Below, piece by piece: positions 58,855-64,000 of a stretch of 64,000 nt of DNA. This DNA is from Cyanophora paradoxa CCMP329. Taxonomy: Eukaryota; Plantae; Glaucophyta. How positions within the stretch are numbered: position 1 is the stretch's first letter; the number at the start of each line of letters is the position of its first letter. The translations under genes and the position numbers were made by a program. The stretch covers positions 1-64,000 of the forward strand of contig QPMI01000095.1 in the NCBI GenBank assembly GCA_004431415.1. Reading direction: 5' to 3'. The notes under the pieces are model-generated. The model was given only the letters and a program-made list of their open reading frames with translations. It ran no database searches and was not told where the DNA came from.

Positions 58855-59118
58855 TTACATAGGAGCACTCACAGGAATTTCGCTTGCCTTTCGAACAGTC
58901 CCCCTTGCAAACGCTTGCTCTACAATCGCTTCCTTTGTGAGTGGAATCGGAATTCCAGCGGCAATACACGATCTAACTTCTTTGTCCACAATCTCATCAA
59001 TCGCAATTCTCGCCCGATTATGAGCAGCATTATCGATCCAATCCTGAACAGAGTAGGCACAGTATTCCATTCCCAGTTTTTCAGTATCAGTTAGAACCAC
59101 TTGGTAGATGTTCGACAT
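58855..59118 (-). CDS. Small phage-like tail-associated protein
   Basis: QDWIDNAAHNRARIAIDEIV resembles small proteins seen beside phage tail-fibre genes (from memory, unverified). Confidence 0.55.
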   Translation of the reverse strand: MSNIYQVVLTDTEKLGMEYCAYSVQDWIDNAAHNRARIAIDEIVDKEVRSCIAAGIPIPLTKEAIVEQAFARGTVRKASEIPVSAPM

Positions 59119-59139
59119 TTATTATAGCAAAACATTTTA

Positions 59140-60096
59140 TTATACTGCATAAATTAATGCAACACAGAAACTCTGTTGACTTGCGATAATTGATGCTGTC
59201 CCTTGGGACACAGCAACATCAAAGTAATCGCCCGAATTGGCTTTAAATGTTGCACAAGGGCTTCCTCCTTGTGTTGAAGTTGTTTTTATACTCAAAAGAC
59301 TTAAAAATGTAGATGAACCGTTGTGTCGACACACAACATCACAGGTAGATGAATCAGCATATGCACCAAAAGATACAACATACATCCCAGCCACAGGGCA
59401 TGTGAAAATACCAGTAGCTGAATTATAGCATCCCCCAACATTGTAGTAAATGTTTGCCCATTTGATCACCTGACCAGCTGTATAAGCAGTAGATGTTGCA
59501 TGATAAACACGACATGATGGGTAAAAATTAGCCTTCAAATATTTAGTATCCGCCAAACTGAGACCAGAAGTTGTGATGGTGGCTATCGTTGTATTATTTC
59601 GCTTCAAAACTATATCAGAATCTGCTCCTGAATCGACAGAAGTTGTTTTCACTCCACCATTTCCTGTCAAGAGACCTGAAAACGTCCCAGTGGTTGCACT
59701 CACAGCCCCATAAGAAGTCGCTGTCACTGTCCCATTCACACTCAGTCCAGTCCCAATCCATGCCCCACCACTGTAAACTTGAAAAGCCGCCGAATTCCTA
59801 TCAGCCGGATTAAAAGCCGTTTTGGAATCCTGTTGACCTTCATATAGATTTTCTTTGGTGACCAGCCCCGAAGAGATTGCGGGTCGATTAGATACGATCA
59901 TTTGAGTAGCTTTAACGACTCCATCAGCCTTGTCAGCTCGGAGTTCTTTGACTCTGAGTATGCTTTGGTCATTAAAAGAATCGGTTTTCGCTGTCTCAGT
60001 CGAAGGGTGGCTTGGAGATAAATCATAAACAGTGTGTTGGACATTGTGGACAGCACTTGCACTCAAAGAAAACACAGGCGTGAATACAGTTGTCAT
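59140..60096 (-). CDS. Fibre-like protein paralogue 3 with C-terminal C1q/TNF-like head
   Basis: Same N-terminal domain; C-terminus VIKWANIYYNVGGCYNSATGIFTCPVAGMYVVSF is a C1q signature. Confidence 0.8.
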   Translation of the reverse strand: MTTVFTPVFSLSASAVHNVQHTVYDLSPSHPSTETAKTDSFNDQSILRVKELRADKADGVVKATQMIVSNRPAISSGLVTKENLYEGQQDSKTAFNPADRNSAAFQVYSGGAWIGTGLSVNGTVTATSYGAVSATTGTFSGLLTGNGGVKTTSVDSGADSDIVLKRNNTTIATITTSGLSLADTKYLKANFYPSCRVYHATSTAYTAGQVIKWANIYYNVGGCYNSATGIFTCPVAGMYVVSFGAYADSSTCDVVCRHNGSSTFLSLLSIKTTSTQGGSPCATFKANSGDYFDVAVSQGTASIIASQQSFCVALIYAV

Positions 60097-60116
60097 CTTT
60101 AAATTGCTCTTTATAA

Positions 60117-61495
60117 TTACGTGAGAATATTATTGTTTTGGAGAGGTCCGACAGCAATCCAATGGAGTTTAAGGGTTCTTTCGTTTTGGGGCACATTCGT
60201 ATAATTGATGTCCGAGTAACAAGTAAATATAGCAATCCAAGTGAATTTATTTTTGAAACCAACACGGTTCCCACTCACAAATTCAGCGGAGATATATATG
60301 CTGTTTGTAAAATTGACACTTGTTAAGATAATATCATTTTCGAGAGTAGCATTAACTATTGGATCACTATTATATGGGGTAGAAAATGTAACGGTTCCCG
60401 ATACTGTGGTAAAATCCCCTTTGTAATAGACTCCGGCAGGAATGACTACATTCGCTGTCCCTGTTGCACATATGCATTTGCATTCACATAATTACCGAAA
60501 TTCGTAAGCAACTCTATGCTGTGATTGTGAGTAGGTGGCGAAGTGGGTGTGTTAATTAAATCGTCATAGTTCCCGCTTGTAGCCACAGCATGCAAGTTTG
60601 GTGTATTAACGAGATCATTATAGTTTCCACTTGTAGCCACAGCATGCAAGGTCGGTGCAGTAGGGGTGTTAGTTAAATCATTGTAGTCACCACTTGTAGC
60701 CACAGCATGCAAATTCGGTTTAGTAAATAGTCTATCCCATGTCCCATTGAAAGGGAGTGTAGATTCTGATATAATTACACTTTGATCAATCCAACGAGGT
60801 ATATAAGTGGTGAAATCGGGAATTCTTGATAAATCATAGTAATCACCTGTGAATGCTACACTACTCCAAGTTGGCTTCTCCGTAATATCAGTCCATTTAC
60901 CACTAAATCCTGCCGGGACATCTGTGAGTTCTTTGTAGCTCACCTTTTGCTTTGGTATGGAGAGTTCAATGGGCGAAAATGCACCTGAAAGGTAATTCTC
61001 AGAAGAGAAATACATGAGATTATGGCTGTTTGGGAACACATCCACAAGATTAAAGGTGAAATTCGTTGGTAATTCGACTCTACTAATTGGAGTGTTTGCA
61101 TCTAATATATATTCAGCACCTGGGTGAACAACAGGAAATGTCTGAGCATTTGGAGTATCAACAAGGAAATTCGGAGCATGAACATCACCTGTGACAGTTC
61201 CACCAGTGAGAGGAAGGTAAGCACCCTCCACAGCAATTCCTGCGATGATTGTTGCTCCATTGTCTCTCAGATAATCCTCTGTTACCACTCTTGATATGGT
61301 CTCATTGTGAATATTCTTTGCTGCTGCCCTCTGATTAATTTCTAAAACTCCCTCACCAACTCCACCATTATAATTCGTTTTAATCCATGCAACCTCGCAT
61401 TGTTTATAGTCATCTCGGTTCCCCAAAAGTGCATCTGGTAACAATCTCTCTCTGCTGAATATTAATTTCGGTCTTGATGAATCTAAATCACTCAC
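60117..61495 (-). pseudogene. Long fibre protein, 5'-truncated, frameshift at ~60450
   Basis: YLPLTGGTVTG and LHAVATSG(D/N)Y(N/D)DL x3 shaft repeats; C-terminus TVTFSTPY..P.V...LHWIAVG lectin-like head; no ATG start. Confidence 0.7.
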
Positions 61496-61499
61496 AAGC

Positions 61500-62648
61500 T
61501 TGCTCTCAGGAAGCCGCTATGATGGAAACCCTCTGGAGTCGGTGCTCACAGACGTTGCCCTAGACTACACAATTGCAGAATCGACCAAAGACATATTAAT
61601 TACAGCGTTTGATACAGTTCGGATGCAGCCCGTAGTTTTCACCAAAGATGGGCCATACTCGAGCACGCTGATTCGTGATGCAGTTAGAGCATCTTCTGCA
61701 GCGCCAACATTCTTTCCACCGAAGGTTCTAGGAGACAAAAACCTTGTTGATGGGGCCATCGCCTGTTTAAATAATCCCTCAGTTGCAGCGCTAAGCCACG
61801 CCAGCAAAATTTATGATGCAGAGGATCCAATTGTTCTTGTGAGCATCAGCTGTGGTGAGGTCCAAGCCAGTGAGCAACTGACTGCAGGCTTTTCGAATGC
61901 GGAGACGTCAGGCTGGGGCGCCCTGGGCTGGATCTTATCCCTCTCAGGCAGCCCAATTATTTCTATGCTAATGGCTGGGAGCGAGCTGGAATCGCACTTT
62001 CAAATGCAGGAGCTGCTTCCAGTTGATGCAGATAGAAATTTAACTAGATACTGGCGTTTAAGTGTTCCGCTGCCAGCTGCAGTTATGAGCAAGCTTGATG
62101 ATGCCTCCCCTTCGAATATTTCTTATTTGATTTCCACGACTGATTTATGGCTGAAACAAACCGAAATAAATGCTAAAATAAATGCACTCTGCAGCTTTCT
62201 ACTGGCGAACTACGACCTACTGAACGATGAGAGACTTATCATATCGTCTACCTTAACAGTTGAGCCGCCATTTGATGTCAACTGGTTTATAATTCCAGAT
62301 GCAAACATCACAAGCAACGACTTTGAGGAATTGCACCCACCTTCTCACGTTCGACCTAACTCAACAGGGTTCCAAGGGGGCACTTTACCTAATCCCTGGA
62401 TCAAAGTCGAGTTTCCTAAGCCTTTTGAGCTACATCAAATAATTATGTATGGGCCAGCCTTTGCCGCCGGAGTCCTATTTAATTTCAGCATTCTGACCAA
62501 TTTAGGATATTTACGAGACGGGTCACTATTTGAAAATACGGTCCTAGCCAATGTGCTTGCTGCAAACCCATCTATGACAGGCTTCGAGCAAATGCATAGT
62601 GACTCGCACTTGATCACCCACAGGTGTATAACTATGTGCAAATTATAA
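61500..62648 (+). pseudogene. Patatin-like phospholipase + F5/8C-like domain, lacking the N-terminal ~100 aa
   Basis: RASSAAPTFFPP, LVDGA..NNP, VSISCG; no GGG or GxSxG and no ATG upstream; C-terminal PWIKVEFPKP. Confidence 0.85.
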
Positions 62649-62701
62649 CAAACGAATTTATAAATGTGAACGCGTTCCGGCTTGATTTCCGGGGACGTTA
62701 C

Positions 62702-63619
62702 CTAAACTAGAAATTGCAGTTCACCAGACCAAGGCAGGCCATTCAGAGAGACGTCATCACCATCTCTGTCGACAATGCGCAGTCGCAGAGAGGTCAGCAC
62801 CAGGCGCTCTTCGATGTGGATCCACTCGCCGTCATTTTCCTGATTTATATAAACGAACTTGCCAACATCCTGGCTCATCTGGATTCGAGCGAGCCCGTAA
62901 TTACACATTGATTTAGCCCCACGGCGAAGCTTCGAAGCAAACGGCCGTAGCTCTTCGCAGACAAGGAAGAGGTACTGGTCGCTGTTCATGTCGATTATCT
63001 TTGGAAATTCGACGGCGTAACCAAGTGCTATACTCTGCATTCTTCCGGTGAAATCCACGCCGTACTCAGGGTGAGCAGGTGTCACTGGAATGCCAGCAAC
63101 CTCTAGATACCGCTCAGCTGCAGTTGCTGGTCTTTGCGGCCCTTCAAGCACAATAGGAGACAGCTGGAGGGGCTCATTTCGGTTCAGCCCGAGCAGATTC
63201 GATAAGGCTTTGAACTGGCAGGTCAGTGTGCAGGAACGGTTGCAATACGCAGACATTTTCAGCGTCTCTGGGTCTCGAAATAGTTTAAAATACGCAATTG
63301 AAATCCCTTCTAGCTCAATATTAAATGATAGGCCAAAGTTGTAAATATCTGTTTCGCCCAGATTTGCAGTCGTAATTATGCCAGGCTCAAACACCTCCAC
63401 GTTTTGCGTTCCAAGGTAGGGAAAGGTGATGGAAAGATACTCAGCTTTAATGCTGGTGTAAAGGCTGTTTGCGAACTCACACTGGGTTAGTCGAACAGCA
63501 ACTGGATTGATTATCGGTTCATTGATTTCGAGCACGAAGTTTGCCTCTGAATCGATTGGCCTTCTGTCTCTGCTGTCAAAGGTAAGCCTGGCGCAGCGTC
63601 GATGCTTGTCTTTGACCAT
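62702..63619 (-). CDS. Penton/minor capsid-like protein A
   Basis: LTFDSRDR..NFVLEINEPI.N..AVRL, LLGL, LRLRIVDRDGDDVSLNGLPWSGELQF. Confidence 0.8.
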   Translation of the reverse strand: MVKDKHRRCARLTFDSRDRRPIDSEANFVLEINEPIINPVAVRLTQCEFANSLYTSIKAEYLSITFPYLGTQNVEVFEPGIITTANLGETDIYNFGLSFNIELEGISIAYFKLFRDPETLKMSAYCNRSCTLTCQFKALSNLLGLNRNEPLQLSPIVLEGPQRPATAAERYLEVAGIPVTPAHPEYGVDFTGRMQSIALGYAVEFPKIIDMNSDQYLFLVCEELRPFASKLRRGAKSMCNYGLARIQMSQDVGKFVYINQENDGEWIHIEERLVLTSLRLRIVDRDGDDVSLNGLPWSGELQFLV

Positions 63620-63646
63620 TTTTATTCTCTAACTGATATAAAAAAG

Positions 63647-64000
63647 ATGCCTACGGACTACGTCTGCATTGCAAGTCACCAAGCGGAGGAGCTGACATCC
63701 ACCTCGAAATTTAAAGTAAGACTGCCTAAAGTTTATCAGGATGTGAAAGCCGTGCGCTTGGTATCAGCTGAGATCCCCAACACTATGAGCACAATCGATG
63801 TACTCGATCCGGCAGAGGATTTAGTCTTTAACACCTATATATATTGGTGCAAATATGATCCCACTAATGAAGGACCCGACCCACCTCAGGCCGGATTTGG
63901 AGCGTGGAATAACATTGCAATTCCACCTGGAAATTACGACGTCACCTCGCTTGTGACAGAGATAAACGAAAGGTTGACGGGAACAGGTATCACGTGCACG
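63647..64000 (+). CDS. Penton/minor capsid-like protein B (runs off the window)
   Basis: MPTDYVCIASH..FKVRLPKVYQDVKAVRLVSAEIPNT..IPPGNYDVTSLVTEIN; divergent from penton A. Confidence 0.75.
   Translation, partial: MPTDYVCIASHQAEELTSTSKFKVRLPKVYQDVKAVRLVSAEIPNTMSTIDVLDPAEDLVFNTYIYWCKYDPTNEGPDPPQAGFGAWNNIAIPPGNYDVTSLVTEINERLTGTGITCT

Larger units (their letters stand above)
55769..64000. mobile_element. Endogenous Polinton-like virus PLV-3 (partial; left boundary approximate)
   Basis: AT-richer intron-less block with fibres, patatin and two pentons in the same order and orientation as PLV-1 positions 1-3400. Confidence 0.8.

Noticed and set aside
1-64000. Prokaryotic prophage or mavirus-type virophage interpretation
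   Set aside because: Spliceosomal-type introns and LINE/CACTA/Helitron elements indicate a eukaryote; no virophage cysteine protease was recognised and the capsid module is PLV-like

Overview
This is eukaryotic DNA from a GC-rich, intron-dense protist-like host (species not determinable) and is made mostly of nested mobile elements. It contains three AT-rich endogenous Polinton-like/Maverick-type viruses (PLVs). PLV-1 (<1 to ~17460, heavily frameshifted) carries patatin+F5/8C lipase, two divergent penton-like genes, MCP, A32 ATPase, primpol-D5 helicase, pPolB and rve integrase. PLV-2 (40671-53694) is complete, with 241-bp TIRs and a 5-bp TSD CAGTA; it carries ATPase, MCP, penton, pPolB and integrase. 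PLV-3 (~55770 to >64000) is syntenic with PLV-1 and carries HNH-AP2, a fibre-gene cluster, a truncated patatin and two pentons. Between PLV-1 and the host gene lies a 5'-truncated L1/Tx1-like LINE split by a 1125-bp CACTA element, plus two intron-containing genes. One host gene for a cysteine-rich surface protein (~27150-55765) is interrupted by a 9.7-kb IS3EU-like TIR element (6-bp TSD, holding a giant foldback around a 348-bp satellite), then by PLV-2 (itself carrying a Helitron in its left TIR), and probably by PLV-3. Removing the CACTA element, the IS3EU-like element and PLV-2 restores the reading frames exactly. Best leads: the patatin-discoidin/dual-penton/multi-fibre entry module, cis-elements shared between divergent PLVs, and an apparently proofreading-dead pPolB paired with a primpol-helicase and iteron palindromes. 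Many frameshifts could be long-read assembly errors rather than decay.
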